Shown: positions 12,210 through 25,112, numbered from the whole stretch's first letter. The stretch: DNA of 53,194 bases, filler included, from Squatina squatina (GCA_031763465.1; 2 parts of 2 records of this genome joined end to end with filler, not necessarily neighbours in it); one strand, 5' to 3'. A program made the numbers and translations. Notes: generated by a model not told the origin, from the letters alone.

Positions 12210-13370
12210 TCCCCCTTTGCGAATTTATCTCAACCATGAGACCCACCTCCTGCTCCCTTGCCCCCAGTCCCACTAATCTGCTAACCAACCAACTTCCATT
12301 CCTGGCCCCCATGCTACCTGACATTGTAAATGGTTCCCTCTCCTTAAACAGTACCCCTCCCTCCCTTTCAAAACTACCGTCATCGTCCCTCACTTCTCAA
12401 AAAAGCCCTCAACCCTCTGCCTTTGCAAATTGCTGCTGCATCTCCAACCTCCTTTTCCTCTCCAAAGTTCCTGAATGTGTTGTTGCCCCAAGTCTGTACC
12501 CATCTCTCCCACAACTCCAGTCAGGTTTCCACCCCTCCCTAAAACTATCCTAACCAAAGTCACAAATGACATTCTCTGTGATGTGACTGTGGTGTATTAT
12601 CCCTCTTTGCCCACCTTGGACCTCTCAGCAGTCTTCAACATGGTTGTCCACATCCTCTTCCCACGATGTCTCTTCTCCATTGCCCAGTTCAGTGGGGTTG
12701 CTTTTACTCTTCCTAATCTACCTGAGTTACAGTTTCTCTTTCTAATCCTGCACTGTCACCTCCAGACTCCACCAAGGTTCTATTCCTGACGCCACCCTCT
12801 TCAAGCAGTCCCTTGGCAATATTATCCATAAACATGATGTCAGCTTCCAGATGTACAGTAAAAACACTCAGCTCTACCTCTCCATCGCCTCTCTTGTTCA
12901 TTCCACTTCTTCTGTGCTGCCAGACTGCTTGTCCGACATTCAGTCTGGGATGAGCTGCAATTTCCTCCAATGAAACATCAAGAAGACCTCCACCAGAAAC
13001 TCCATACCCTCATCACTGATTATATCCCTTTTACTGGCCACTACCTTAGGCTGAACCAGACTGTTTGTAACTTTAGTGTCCTGTACGTCCCTAAGGTGAG
13101 TCTTCAACCACACAACGGCGGCCTACATCCACCTCTGTAACTCAGCTCTACCCTTATCTTAGCCCATCTCTGGCTGAAACCTTCATCCATATCTTTGTCA
13201 TCTCCAGACTGAGCTAGTCCAGTGCTCTCCTGGCTGGCTTCTCTTCTTTCACCCTATGTGAGCTTCAGCACATCCAAAATACTGCTGTTCATATCCCATC
13301 TCGCACCAAGACTGCTCACCCATCCTTTAATAGCCTCCTTAAAACCCACCTCTTTCACCAAGCTTTTAAT
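12210..13370 (+). mobile_element. L2-clade LINE, RT region, degenerate
   Basis: MRPTSCSL.P.PT.LLT.QLPFLAPML.DIVNGSLS, ISNL.FLSKV.E, QSGF, TKVTNDIL and LDLSAVF motifs. Lies in a COPS8 intron. Confidence 0.85.
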
Positions 13371-13665
13371 ATCTCATTTGATTTGATGTTGATTTGTTTT
13401 CCTTATGCATCAGCGTCTTCCAGATAACCTGGCTTCTGCCTGGAGTCTCGCATGGCAAAAACCACCTTTTGCAATCCCCACTGCGCAATTAGAATTCTCT
13501 TGAGAGGAGAAAATTCAGCTGGGAACACCATATTCCTTATACAGCTATTTTGAGAAAGGTCGCTCTGATTGCCGAATCCTATAATCTTTTTACCAATCTA
13601 CATGGAATCCAACCATGAAACAAGCAGCAGTGTATAAAGCAATGTTTGCAAAACCGTAGACTCAC

Positions 13666-13714
13666 AGTTTTGATGGCTTGAGGTATTCTCTTCCAGAGGT
13701 ATCTTGCAGTATTC
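13666..13714 (-). CDS. COPS8: COPS8 internal exon (49 nt)
   Basis: ttattgcag|NTARYLWKRIPQAIKT|gtgagt. Confidence 0.93.
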
Positions 13715-13789
13715 CTGCAATAATTAATAGAAACACCATTAGATATAATTCCATTGTCATTATAGCATCAAATAACAAAAACAGGGAGC

Positions 13790-15405
13790 TTCGACTGTCA
13801 AATACAGGAATCTTTGACTGTTAGTGAGATACAGGGGAAACCGACTGTTCGTGAAATACGGAGAGCATCGACTGTTCATGAAATACAGAGAACATTCACT
13901 GTTCGTGAAATACAGAGAACATCGACTGTTGGTGAAATACAGGGAACATCGACAGCTATTGAAATACAGGAAACATCGACTGTTCATGAAATACAGAGAG
14001 CATCGACTGTTAGTGAAATACAGAGAACATTGACTGTTGGTGAAATACAGGGAACATCGACTGTTAGTGAAATACAGGAAATGTCGACAGCTATTGAAAT
14101 ACAAGAAACATCGACTCTTTGTGAAATACAGGGAACATCGTCTGTTAGTTAAATACAGGGATCATCGTCTGTTGCTGAAATAGAGAGAACTTCGACGGTT
14201 AATTAAATACCGCGAACGACTGTTACTGAAATCCAGGGATCATCGAATGCTAGTGAAATACAGGAAACACCGAATGTTTATGAAATACAGAGAACATTGA
14301 CTATTAGTGAAGCACAGGGAACCTCGTCTGTTGATGAAATACAGAGAACATTGACTCTTGGTGAAACATAGATAACATCGACTATTATTCATTACAGGGA
14401 ACTTCACCTGTGAGTGAAATACAGAGAAGATCGACTGTTCGTGAAATACAGAGAGCATTCACTGTTCATGAAATACAAGGAACATCGACTGTTAGTGAAA
14501 TACAGGAAACATCGACTGTTCATGAAATACAGGGAACATCGACTGTTCGTGAAATACAGGGAACATTGACTTTTAGTGAAATATAGGGACATCGACTCTA
14601 AGTGAAATACAGAGAACACCGATTTTACTGAAATACAGGGAACATTGACTATTAGTTAAATACAGGGAATGACGACTTTTAGTGAAATACAGGGAACATC
14701 AAATGTTAGTGAAATACAGGGAACATTGTTTGTTACTGAAATAGAGAGAACATCGGCTGTTAATTAAATACAGGGAACACCAACTGTTACTGAAATACAG
14801 GGAACATCGAATGTTAGTGAAATACAGGAAACACCGACTGTTAGTGAATTACAGAGAACATCGACTTTTAATAAGTACAGAGAACACAAACTGTCAGTGA
14901 AATGCAGGGAACATCAACTGTTAGTGAAATACAGGGATCATCGATTGTTTCTGAAATACAGGAAACACCGACTGTTACTGAAATACAGAGAACATCGATT
15001 GTTAGTGAAATACAGGAAACATTGACTGCTGGTGAAATACAGGAAACACTGACTGTTTATGAATTGCAGATAACAACGACTATTATTCAGTACAGGGAAT
15101 GTCGCCTGTGAGTGAAAAATAGAGAATATCGACTGTTAGTTAAATACAGAGAACATCAACTGATGGGAAATGCAGAGAACATTGACTGTTCACAAAATAC
15201 AGGGAATCTCAAATTTTAATGAAATACAGGGAATGTTGACGAGTATTGAAATACAGAGAACATCCTCTGTTGGTGAAATACAGAGAATGTCGACTGTAAG
15301 TAAAATACAAGAAAAATCGACTGTTAGTGAAAGTCAGAGAACATCGAATGTTAGTGTATTACAGGAAACACTGACTGTTAGTGAGGTACAGAGAACACAA
15401 ACTTT
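13790..15405. repeat. 27-bp minisatellite, about 60 diverged units
   Basis: Consensus GAAATACAGGGAACATCGACTGTTAGT repeated head-to-tail; produces the spurious TVSEIQGTS-type ORFs. Confidence 0.95.
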
Positions 15406-17830
15406 TTTTTGAGCGCCGGACTCGGAGGAGGAGAGAGGTGAGTGCGGGCGCAGCTGGGGATTTTTATTTCAGCACTTAAATTNNNNNNNNNNNNNNNNNN
15501 NNNNNNNNNNNNNNNNNNNNNNNNNNNNNNNNNNNNNNNNNNNNNNNNNNNNNNNNNNNNNNNNNNNNNNNNNNNNNNNNNNAGAAGCCGCACAATCAAT
15601 TGAGGTGTTTAAAAGGGAGGCAAATATTTATTTTCAGTGAGGTGTACGATTGGAAAACAGTAAATTGGTTTGCTTGTAGATGTACAAAAGCAAAGCGAGT
15701 TTATATCTACACAGCATTTCCTTAAAGATAGCAATCAAAAAGCATGGATGATTAAAATTATTTTGCAACCACCCTATTCTTTGCGTGAAAGGACCTCTAC
15801 AAACCAGCCATTTATTTGTTAATGCTTGGCACCAAATTGGAAAGCTCACTCAAAAAGATCCAATAACTCCCAGCATGGGAAATGTCAAAGGTGTAGTAGA
15901 TGATATTTTGAGGTTGGGGTGAAGGCACATTGCTGGGTCAGAGTAAAGAGAGTTTAACTGTACAGCTGACGGATGCTGTGCCTGACCCATGGCCTCCTTA
16001 AATGGAAAAGTCTTTCCATCTGCAGCACTAACATCCCTCGCTGTGAGAAACATGAAAACTCACCAAAAGCCGGAGAGATAAAATATCAGTGGGGACAAAT
16101 CCAAGCGTGGGAATCTCAGCATTCCATCAGTATTGTTTTATNNNNNNNNNNNNNNNNNNNNNNNNNNNNNNNNNNNNNNNNNNNNNNNNNNNNNNNNNNN
16201 NNNNNNNNNNNNNNNNNNNNNNNNNNNNNNNNNNNNNNNNNCTGGGAGCCAGTGAAGGCCAGTAAACACAAGAATCATGGGTGAACGAGACTTGGTGTGA
16301 GTTAGGACATGGGCAGCAGAGTTTTGGATGAGCTCATTATTTCTTTCTATCCCCCTCCCCTGACTAATATTTCAAATCCATTTTAATCATTACAATGGCT
16401 GAAACAATATTTGCCTCCATAGAAAGCCGCTTACCTACAAGTGGCAACATCCTTTTAAATTTGGTCTGCTGGCCAGATGTTCCACCTGTCGCCTTAGGCT
16501 AGCTGTTGGGCCTAGGCTAAACCTCCGCTCAGAGCGTAGGTATCTTTCCACAGTGGCGCACAGTGCACCGTGGGATAGTTTAGTGCTAGTTGCGAGCCGA
16601 GCTGGGCACAAATTTTGTTGTTATTACAAAAGCAGGACTATAGTTTTTATTGGAAGTTATGGTACAGCGCATTACACAAATATGGGAGGTGACAGCCAAA
16701 ATAAGAGATTGTCGCAGCAGGATGGCAAAAGAGGTATTGAGATGCCAACAGCTTATTTGAGCTTGGAGTGCTGCTTTTTTTAACCTGATAAATAACCACA
16801 TAATGGATGCTTATGCATTCTTGTAGCTGTGGAGAATCACATTAAGTTGAGTTATGTCATCATAGCTGTGGAAATACTCAGGTATTTCTCTTCAGGTGCG
16901 TTGTGAACATACATATCTTACCAGGGCTACCTACAAAGTGATATTCTCAAATGGAATTTAAACTATTCATAGCATCTGTGATCATCACGGTATTCAGTGA
17001 GTATTTTGAGATCGAGCTCGTCTGTGTAAATTGCTTCAGTCACCCTCCCCAGAGGAAGCCTAACCTGGTACTGTTTTCTTTCTGCTACAATTGCTGCTTG
17101 TTAAGTCTGAGGTCAATGTAAACAAACATATTTAACCTGGGGATCACGTGAAGCAGGAATTCACATTACTGCTAACACTAATTGATTACAGACCTGACCC
17201 ACAGGGACACATTGTTTCCAAGCCACATGGCTCAACTGGAAAAGCCTATAAAACTAGCACAGTGGCTCCCTTGGTTCTGCAATCAGACTGATCACCCACT
17301 CGTGGTAGTGATTTATTAGCCTCAGTAGTCACTGCACGGACGTNNNNNNNNNNNNNNNNNNNNNNNNNNNNNNNNNNNNNNNNNNNNNNNNNNNNNNNNN
17401 NNNNNNNNNNNNNNNNNNNNNNNNNNNNNNNNNNNNNNNNNNNGACCCATGCCTGTTTGGAGGAGGTGGCCCCATACATGTCTCGGGGAGGTGGGGCTTG
17501 GGGCCCCTGAACATGCCTATTATATTCGTATAGCCCTGTAACTTGAATAACCCATCAACTTATATATTTAACACTGTATATATTAAAGTATGTGCACTAG
17601 TAGGCTAATTGACTCCATGTCAACTTGCCAAGCCCTTCATGCTTGTAAGTGTAAACTCCCTCAATTAGAAACAAACAGTGTCCACACAGTGCCTTTTAGC
17701 ATCTATCGAATATTTCAACAGCTATTTGGCTACATAGCAATTGCACAATTAATCAACGAGTGCAATTGCTATTGTAGCTAAGTACGTGTTTGAGAAGGAA
17801 ATGCTTCTGTTCAAAAAAGGGGGGATTATG

Positions 17831-18916
17831 TTAGGAGGCTGCCTCCAGCATGGAGCACTCAGTCTCTGTAGTGTCCTTAAGCCTTGTGATGCCGGATTTA
17901 ACAGAATATTTGACGATGAAAGCTTTCATGAGGTCATATCGGTAGTTTTTGTTGATGACGCTGTAGAGTATGGGATTGGCACAGCAGTGGACCAGACATA
18001 GACACTGAGTAATGTGAAGAGAAGCATATATGAAATTTTCTAGCACACAACTGAAAGATAATAGGTTTAGGAACCACAAAACATCAAGAAACAGGATCGA
18101 CTGATAGGGGAGCCAACAGATAAGAAAAACGATCACATAGACAAATATTATCTTCCGGCTATTTTTCCTCTCTAGGTCACTAGTGATTGGGNNNNNNNNN
18201 NAATAGAAAACTGCGATAATGGGAAATGGGATAACAAATCCTATGATGATGCAGATCAACTCCATCCCAGCCATCCATTCTCTGAAGTTTTCCTCAGGAT
18301 AAGATAAATAGCAGATTGGCTCACCATTACTGTCAGTTACTTTCAAGAATATCAAATCTGGAATTGATACCAGAAAGGCAAAAATCCAAACAAACATGCA
18401 GATAACCTTACGGATCAACTCTTTCTTACGGTCAATGGAATCTCGGAACCACACCACTGATATATACCTGTCCACACTCATGCACGTTAGGAAGAAGATG
18501 CTCCCAAAAAGGTTGACACTGAAGATGAGGTGAGTAAATTTACACATAAACTCTCCAAAAGGCCAGGTGCCATGCTGAATGAGGGACGCAACCCAGATAG
18601 GGAGAGTGACTACCACACACAAGTCTGCAACAGCCAGGTTCAGGATGTAGAAGTGGGTTTCATATCTTGATCGCTTCGCCTTCACGTTCACATAGACCAC
18701 CACAATGTTGGCCACCAAACCGATGACAAAAATCAGGATATAAAAGAAAGATATGGTATGCAGGAGAGCATTCTTATTGAAGCTGTGCAGACAATGAAAA
18801 ATCTCCCAGGTCAAACAGTCAGAGCTATTTACACAAGTGATCCAGGTCTGATTCATTGTAGTAATGTTCTGCTCATCCAAGTAATCCAAGAAATCAATTA
18901 AGTCAGCGGTTGCCAT
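17831..18916 (-). CDS. ACKR3: Atypical chemokine receptor 3 (CXCR7), single coding exon
   Basis: 7TM ORF with YETHFYILNLAVADL, FGSIFFLTCMSVDRYISV, CLVHCCANPILYS.INKNYRYDLMKAFI.KYS. Start in strong Kozak context (atcaccATGG) at 18916, acceptor ttttacag at 18943-18944. Lies between COPS8 and IQCA1 as in other vertebrates. Confidence 0.96.
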   Translation of the reverse strand: MATADLIDFLDYLDEQNITTMNQTWITCVNSSDCLTWEIFHCLHSFNKNALLHTISFFYILIFVIGLVANIVVVYVNVKAKRSRYETHFYILNLAVADLCVVVTLPIWVASLIQHGTWPFGEFMCKFTHLIFSVNLFGSIFFLTCMSVDRYISVVWFRDSIDRKKELIRKVICMFVWIFAFLVSIPDLIFLKVTDSNGEPICYLSYPEENFREWMAGMELICIIIGFVIPFPIIAVFYXXXXPITSDLERKNSRKIIFVYVIVFLICWLPYQSILFLDVLWFLNLLSFSCVLENFIYASLHITQCLCLVHCCANPILYSVINKNYRYDLMKAFIVKYSVKSGITRLKDTTETECSMLEAAS

Positions 18917-20811
18917 GGTGATCAAATTTCAGAGAGAGCATGCTGTAAAACCAAAGGAAAATCTAAAGATTTCATCTCTTCGACTCACTGAAATAATTTT
19001 TGTCTTTTAACTGAATTAACAACACTCCTCAAATATAACTTCATATCCCCTTTAGTGAGGTAAAGCTAACAAAAGGAGANNNNNNNNNNNNNNNNNNNNN
19101 NNNNNNNNNNNNNNNNNNNNNNNNNNNNNNNNNNNNNNNNNNNNNNNNNNNNNNNNNNNNNNNNNNNNNNNNNNNNNNNCCTTATGAGGGCTATACCAGT
19201 ATAATTGGCTCTGTGAATGTTCAGGTAATTATGTTTATAATAAAAGACACATTCCTTTGGCGTGGTTGCAACATTGGTAATATGCCCCCCAAAAGAAGCA
19301 GTCAGGAGGTCCAAACCACTTTTTGCCGTTAAGTCTTCTTACAGAGTTTGTTAGAATTTTTAATGTACATGTTTTGTTGCTTAGCTTGGAGATTCACTTT
19401 GAAAATTAACACAAAACTGAAAACTGCTGTGCATGTCATCGCTTGACTAGTTGGTTTTATTTATTATTGTCGATTTATTTTTCTGTGTACTAATTAGAAG
19501 CAAGCCATGGAACAGGGCATCATTAGTAACTATATATGAATGGCATCATTGAAACGGTACAAAATAATTAGTCAAAGAAACTTTGTCGGCAGCTGAAAAT
19601 CTCACGCAGTTGCTTCTCCACAGAGCCACATGTTGTACTACACATTAGTAGGATTCTTTTTTTTTGTTCTGTGAATTTCTGATCTGATTCATGGGGGTAA
19701 ATTAAATCAAGGCTTTTGCTTTGCCACCATAATCTTGGCAGTAACTCCGTTCACACACATGAGCTGAGACTTCTGGCGAAGTGAAAGGAGCCCTGATGAA
19801 ATTTGCCTGAGGTATCTTCAAGCAGGCGGTAGAAGTTGTGGTTAGGAGCCCAAATTAATTTCCCTTTAGCGGCCCCAGACTAGTCCTGCATATTTCTCAG
19901 TGGTTGGTTGAAAAGCATTGGCAGACCAGGGGGAATAGGTTGCCTGTCCTTCTCTTGGCTGTGGTATGGGTGTGGGAGACAGTTTCCAAGTTGTCTTAGT
20001 AGGTAAGTACTCCATAAGGTATGGCACTGAGCCCTATAGATCAGGGAAAGCCCAGATTTGGTTCATAATTTTGTGGAAAGGAAGTTGGTGGGGTTGCTAT
20101 AATCGGCTTCAGCACTGCTGGGCCGAGGAGGTTAGAAATCAGAAAAGGTTCCCGTGCTTGATTGTTGATGGAAAGTACGTGTGTGGAAACTGGTTGAGAG
20201 CAGGATAGGGCTCATTTGGGAATCACATCATGGTTGAATAGATGTGTAGTCTCACACATAAAGAATGGAAGTGTACCCAGTAATAGCCAGCATCTTCAGG
20301 ACCAAAGGGAATGAACCTGAAAAAGATGTAATTTTTAAAAAAGTGTATTTGTCATGTAAACGTGTTTTTTTTAAATNNNNNNNNNNNNNNNNNNNNNNNN
20401 NNNNNNNNNNNNNNNNNNNNNNNNNNNNNNNNNNNNNNNNNNNNNNNNNNNNNNNNNNNNNNNNNNNNNNNNNNNNCCAGTTGGGTTCTTTTTATGACAA
20501 TCTTGCAGGTTTCATTGTCATTTTTGTGGGTATTTACCCACAGAATATCAGATTGAATTCAATTTCACAACTTGTTACAGTGAAATTTGAACTCAATACT
20601 CTTGGGTGTCTGGCCCAGTATTGTAACCCTGCACTGTCGTACTTTCGATGTGACGTCTATGTCAATAAATTCTATATCTTTGATTTCTAAAAGAGGCACT
20701 AACAAGTGAGACTCATTTTCACACATATATTTGAACATTGAAGTAATTTCATTAGAATGATGTGAGCAGTTTGAATTCTGTGAGTTTATTGTGTTTCTGG
20801 GTTTCATGCAG

Positions 20812-20864
20812 AAAAAAGGCAAGAAAGAAAAAAAGAAGAAAGGAAAAGACCTGACTGCTAACAG
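20812..20864 (+). CDS. IQCA1: IQCA1/DRC11 exon
   Basis: ttcatgcag|KKGKKEKKKKGKDLTANR|gtagc, matching the KKKK.KDLTADR motif of IQCA1. Confidence 0.75.
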
Positions 20865-21124
20865 GTAGCAATCAAACTGGAAACAGCTGTATTATGTGTC
20901 AGGAAGAAATACTGCGCAATTTAAAACTTAATAGGGCTTTAATCTTCAACAAGACAAATCATTATTTCAAATTAGCCAAATTCCAGCAATTAAGTTCAGT
21001 CAACTGAACCTAGCACTGTGTCTCCTCTTCTGACAATCTCCTTATCATAGAATCGCACAGCACAGAAGGCGGCCATTAGCCCATCGAGCCTGTGCCAGCT
21101 CTTTGAAAGAATTATCCAATTCGT

Positions 21125-21510
21125 CCCTCTTTAAACCTGCTGACAAGGGTGATGCTGTTGTTGTTTGGCGCACTAACTTCTACCTTGCGGAGGCCGAACG
21201 CCAACTCTCTGACATCTCCTCCTACCTCCCCCTGGACCATGACCTCACTACTGAACATAAAAGCCATCATCTCTCAGACCATCGCTGACCTCATCTCCTC
21301 TTGAGAGCTTCCCTACACAGCCACCAACCTCATAGTTCCCGAACCCAGCACAGTCTGCTTCTACCTCCTTCCCAAGATCCACAAACAGGACTGCCCTAGT
21401 AAACCCATCGTTTCAGCCTGTTCTTGCCCCATGGAACTGATTTCCCACTATCTTGACTCTTTTTGTTCTCCCCTTGTCCAATCTCTTTCCACCTACATCC
21501 GTGACTCTTC
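21125..21510 (+). mobile_element. Penelope-like element RT fragment
   Basis: KPADKGDAVVVWRT.FYLAEAERQLSD and FYLLPKIHKQDCP..PIVSACSCP.ELIS.YLDS...YIRDS, frameshifted. Confidence 0.85.
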
Positions 21511-21610
21511 NNNNNNNNNNNNNNNNNNNNNNNNNNNNNNNNNNNNNNNNNNNNNNNNNNNNNNNNNNNNNNNNNNNNNNNNNNNNNNNNNNNNNNNNNN
21601 NNNNNNNNNN

Positions 21611-21885
21611 GATCCCACAGTAGAACCCGAAGGATCAAACCTTCCTCACAAACTGTGGACAACCATCAATGGCCTCAGAACTGGTCATGGTAGATGCTGC
21701 CATCTTCTCTATAGATGGAAGATTAAAGCATCCCCATCATGTGACTGTGGAGCTCCTAATCAGACCCTGGAGCACCTCATTGAGCACTGCCCTCAGAGGA
21801 CATTCACAGGTAGCTTATAAGGTATCCACGCTGTTACACCGGAAGCTTTGGCCTGGATATCTGAGTTCGATATCGACATTTAATT
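21611..21885 (+). mobile_element. Non-LTR retrotransposon 3' end (RTE-X-like) with CCHC zinc knuckle
   Basis: WTTIN.LRTGHGRC...W.....PSCDCG...QTLEHLIEHCP. Confidence 0.65.
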
Positions 21886-22509
21886 TGTTTTTTGCTACTA
21901 CCATGGGAAAGAAGGAGGAGTGTTATAGCATGTAATGTACAATGTGTTATTCTGTTGCTAAGCTAGAAATGTGAACACTTAAAGCCATAAAGTCTAACTA
22001 TTAACTAAACATAGGCTTAGTCAATCTGAGTTTAATTGCTGTTTGTTCAGGGAAACTTTTAGTAGCAAGTGCTTGTACATTTCTGTCACCAGGTTGAATG
22101 ACTAGCTTTCTCTCTTTACAGACTTGTTTGGTTGCGATTTCTTGCTGTTTAATGAACTAATCAGATGCAGTATGACAGCCTTTGCATTTGTGATCCTTTC
22201 AAGTGAAGCACTCCTGAAGTACGATGGACTTACTGAATGCAAGGCTATTTATATATATAGATCGATAGCACAGTATCTATCCAGTTTTCTTCACTGCTCC
22301 ACTATAGCATACGAAAACACCTCTATGCAAAAGAAATAATCTATAAAATCAGACTTTATTTCCATCTATCAAACCATACTTGGCAACCCTTTTGAAACAA
22401 GATGTTACATGTTTTATAATTTTTCAAAATGTTTGTGAGATGTTCAGTTGTTCACAGTTGGCCTGCTTTTCTATGCCTGTGGCATCAAATTTCTCCTTAT
22501 CTTGTGCAG

Positions 22510-22687
22510 CTGGAACCAAAGCGTTTAAAGAAATCCTTCCCCAGTATACTCAAATCCATTAAAGCAGAAGATCGTGTTCTCATTGTGGGCACAACGCAAC
22601 GACCCTTCAATGCAGAATTGAAATCTTTCTGTCGAAGTTTCCAGAAAATTGTGCTCATTCCTAGACCAGACTATACTTCTCGATATG
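22510..22687 (+). CDS. IQCA1: IQCA1/DRC11 AAA-domain exon
   Basis: cttgtgcag|[59 protein letters not shown]|gtgagt. Confidence 0.92.
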
Positions 22688-23135
22688 GTGAGTACGGAGT
22701 AACAGATGGTTCCTCCTAGAAAGGAGATGTTTCTGGGTCGCCCGGCTGCAGTGAATATCGAAAAATCAGGCGAGCCAAAGGTCATGTCTGTGAAGAAACC
22801 TGACGCTTTTCCATCGTTTAAATGAATGGAAAGAATTTCTGGTGGGTCCCTTTACAGGCGTGTGACCTGGGTCATCTGATTCTCCAATGTTCGCTGTGTC
22901 CGGATGATCCGGTGCACCTGGACACAGGCCCAGGAAAATCTCTCCTTATATCTGACACAACAATGAGGCTAATGCTGCGCAAGGTATCTCTACATGCTCA
23001 CATTTATTGTGAGAGAAGGAACTGCTGAATCAAATCTATGTAAATCATAGTTATCAAACACATCAGTGTGAGGGATTACTATTAGGGACGCAGGCTGCAT
23101 GCTGGAAGGATGCCAACAGTGTGAAGGAGTTGGAC

Positions 23136-23420
23136 TACATAGAAACATAGAAAATAGGTGCAGAAGTAGGCCATTCGGCCCTCCGAGCCTGCACCGCCAT
23201 TCAATATGATCATGGCTGATCATTCAACTCAGTACCCCGTACCTGCTTTCTCTCCATACCNNNNNNNNNNNNNNNNNNNNNNNNNNNNNNNNNNNNNNNN
23301 NNNNNNNNNNNNNNNNNNNNNNNNNNNNNNNNNNNNNNNNNNNNNNNNNNNNNNNNNNNNCAGGCTCGAAGGGCCTAATGGCCTACTCCTGCACCTATTT
23401 TCTATGTTTCTATGTTTCTA
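23136..23420. mobile_element. Two CR1 3' ends with (TTCTATGT)n tails, in opposite orientation either side of a gap
   Basis: catagaaacatagaaaataggtgcag... (-) and ...cctactcctgcacctattttctatgtttctatgtttcta (+). Near-identical copies at 30488-30660 and 50638-50848. Confidence 0.85.
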
Positions 23421-23686
23421 AATGAATAAAATGGCATAATTTGAAAAAGTTGAGCAAACTGCGTCCAACCGATTGTCAAAATGTAAGAAGGGACGATGAA
23501 CGGCATCATTAACAACAGTTGCATCACCTTTTTTCCACGCACGTCTGTATAGGCAATTACATACGCGTAAACGAAACCGAGTAGTAATGCACCGAGCGTT
23601 GCCCAAACGACAATCCACAATGTACGTCGAAACATTTTCCAAAATTGAGCATCTTGAAAAATTCCGCTCTGAAATGCATTTCCAAT
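23421..23686 (-). other. Bacterial-type ABC transporter permease fragment (Fe3+/thiamine FbpB-like, N-terminal TM region)
   Basis: Uninterrupted frame IFQDAQFWKMFRRTLWIVVWATLGALLLGFVYAYVIAYTDVRGKKVMQLLLMMPFIVPSYILTIGWTQF. The AYTD..GKK....L...PFI.PSYI...W pattern is typical of BPD_transp_1 permeases. About 15 CpG in 23461-23630. Confidence 0.8.
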
Positions 23687-24778
23687 TTAGCTGTCAAACT
23701 TGAAGATTGTGTTACTTTTGATTCTATAATAATTGGTTTTGATCAGATAATGTAAAGCTGCATGCATTATTAAATCGTGTACCAACTGATCTGTGCAAAA
23801 TGAAAAACCCACTTTGCTGTGCACTATATAGCCAGGAGTGATCAGGTAGGTGGTATAACATACCTGGAAATAATGAGGTTACTGGATTCAAGTCTCACAA
23901 GTGATGGGAGAGCAAAGCTCAACTAGATTACAAAATCAGTGATCTGATACACTACTAGGATTTTAATCTGTTACCATTTTTTTCCTGGTCCCTCCCCCAA
24001 TACCAGTGACTCTTGGTGGATCGGTTCCATAATGGTCTCTCTCCAAACTGGCCAATCTTCACGTGCTAACACTACACAGTAAGTGTTGGTGGGTGTTTGA
24101 GCATGAGGGATATGTCTGCTCCAATCCAAACAGCCATTATATAGGTGCAGTCACTAGATAGTGATTGGAAGCAGATATCCTGGGTGACCATCAACCTGGG
24201 ACCTTCCTGCTCCTACTCTCTGCACATTTCTGGGGATAACTACGCTCTAACTATTAAAAAAAATCTTCATTGGGGACTTTTATTCAGATTTGGATCCACA
24301 GTTGTGCCAAGAATGGATGCCTAAGCAGTGAATGATTAATGTAGATAACACCAGGACAGGGAGAGAAAAAAAACTGGCAAGTGACATTAAATCCTACAGC
24401 CTGTATGGATGAAATAGTATTACATAGCTTTTCCTTATACCCAATTCCCTTTTATTGTGCAGGTATCTCTTGTACCTGCACAACTGTCCTCTCCAAGCTG
24501 AATTGCACCAATGTGAGTAACTGATGAATTCTCACTCTCCCGTTAGGCCATGCGTGATTACAAGGATGATAGCGTGTGCAGCCTCTGGTCCCGATAAACA
24601 GCTTGCAGGCAGGCAGGACACCTGTATGTATAGCATTTGATGGACGCCCTCTAGGACCTGTAACGCCTGATGTTAACCCTGGAGAAGTCCTTGCTTTCAT
24701 TTCCTGTAACATTTCCATTACATTTTGAAACCACGTCCACAGGAATGAAAATCAACTCGTTAGCAGGTCGGTTGCAGC

Positions 24779-24913
24779 TCATCTGTCCTGTTCAGTCTCT
24801 TTCCTGTGCAACATTCGGAGTTTATGTTCGGCTGTTCTGTGCACGATCTCCAGCCCATCTGCATCCAGCTCGTTCAACAGCAGCAGAACAGCACTCAGCA
24901 CGTTGGAGGTGCG
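24779..24913 (-). CDS. CFAP410: CFAP410 (C21orf2) last coding exon
   Basis: ttttctctctccag|RTSNVLSAVLLLLNELDADGLEIVHRTAEHKLRMLHRKETEQDR*. AATAAA on the minus strand at 24451-24456. Confidence 0.88.
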   Translation of the reverse strand, partial: RTSNVLSAVLLLLNELDADGLEIVHRTAEHKLRMLHRKETEQDR

Positions 24914-25112
24914 CTGGAGAGAGAAAACGAGTACAGAACNNNNNNNNNNNNNNNNNNNNNNNNNNNNNNNNNNNNNNNNNNNNNNNNNNNNNNNNNNNNN
25001 NNNNNNNNNNNNNNNNNNNNNNNNNNNNNNNNNNNNNNNGAACAAAGGTCACAAACAAATTCTGCTAGCAAATATATCCGGCTCAATGGTGCTGTAGCCG
25101 ATGCTTCCGTAC

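Noticed and set aside
13760-15412. Repetitive ORFs (TVSEIQGTS, YFTNSRCSL) and a possible CRISPR-like array
   Set aside because: Head-to-tail 27-bp units with no unique spacers, frequent stops and no cas genes; an ordinary minisatellite.
15407-15482. GC-rich segment with GAG|gtgagt as a COPS8 first exon
   Set aside because: Wrong strand for COPS8, truncated by a gap, and could be a retroelement 5' end.
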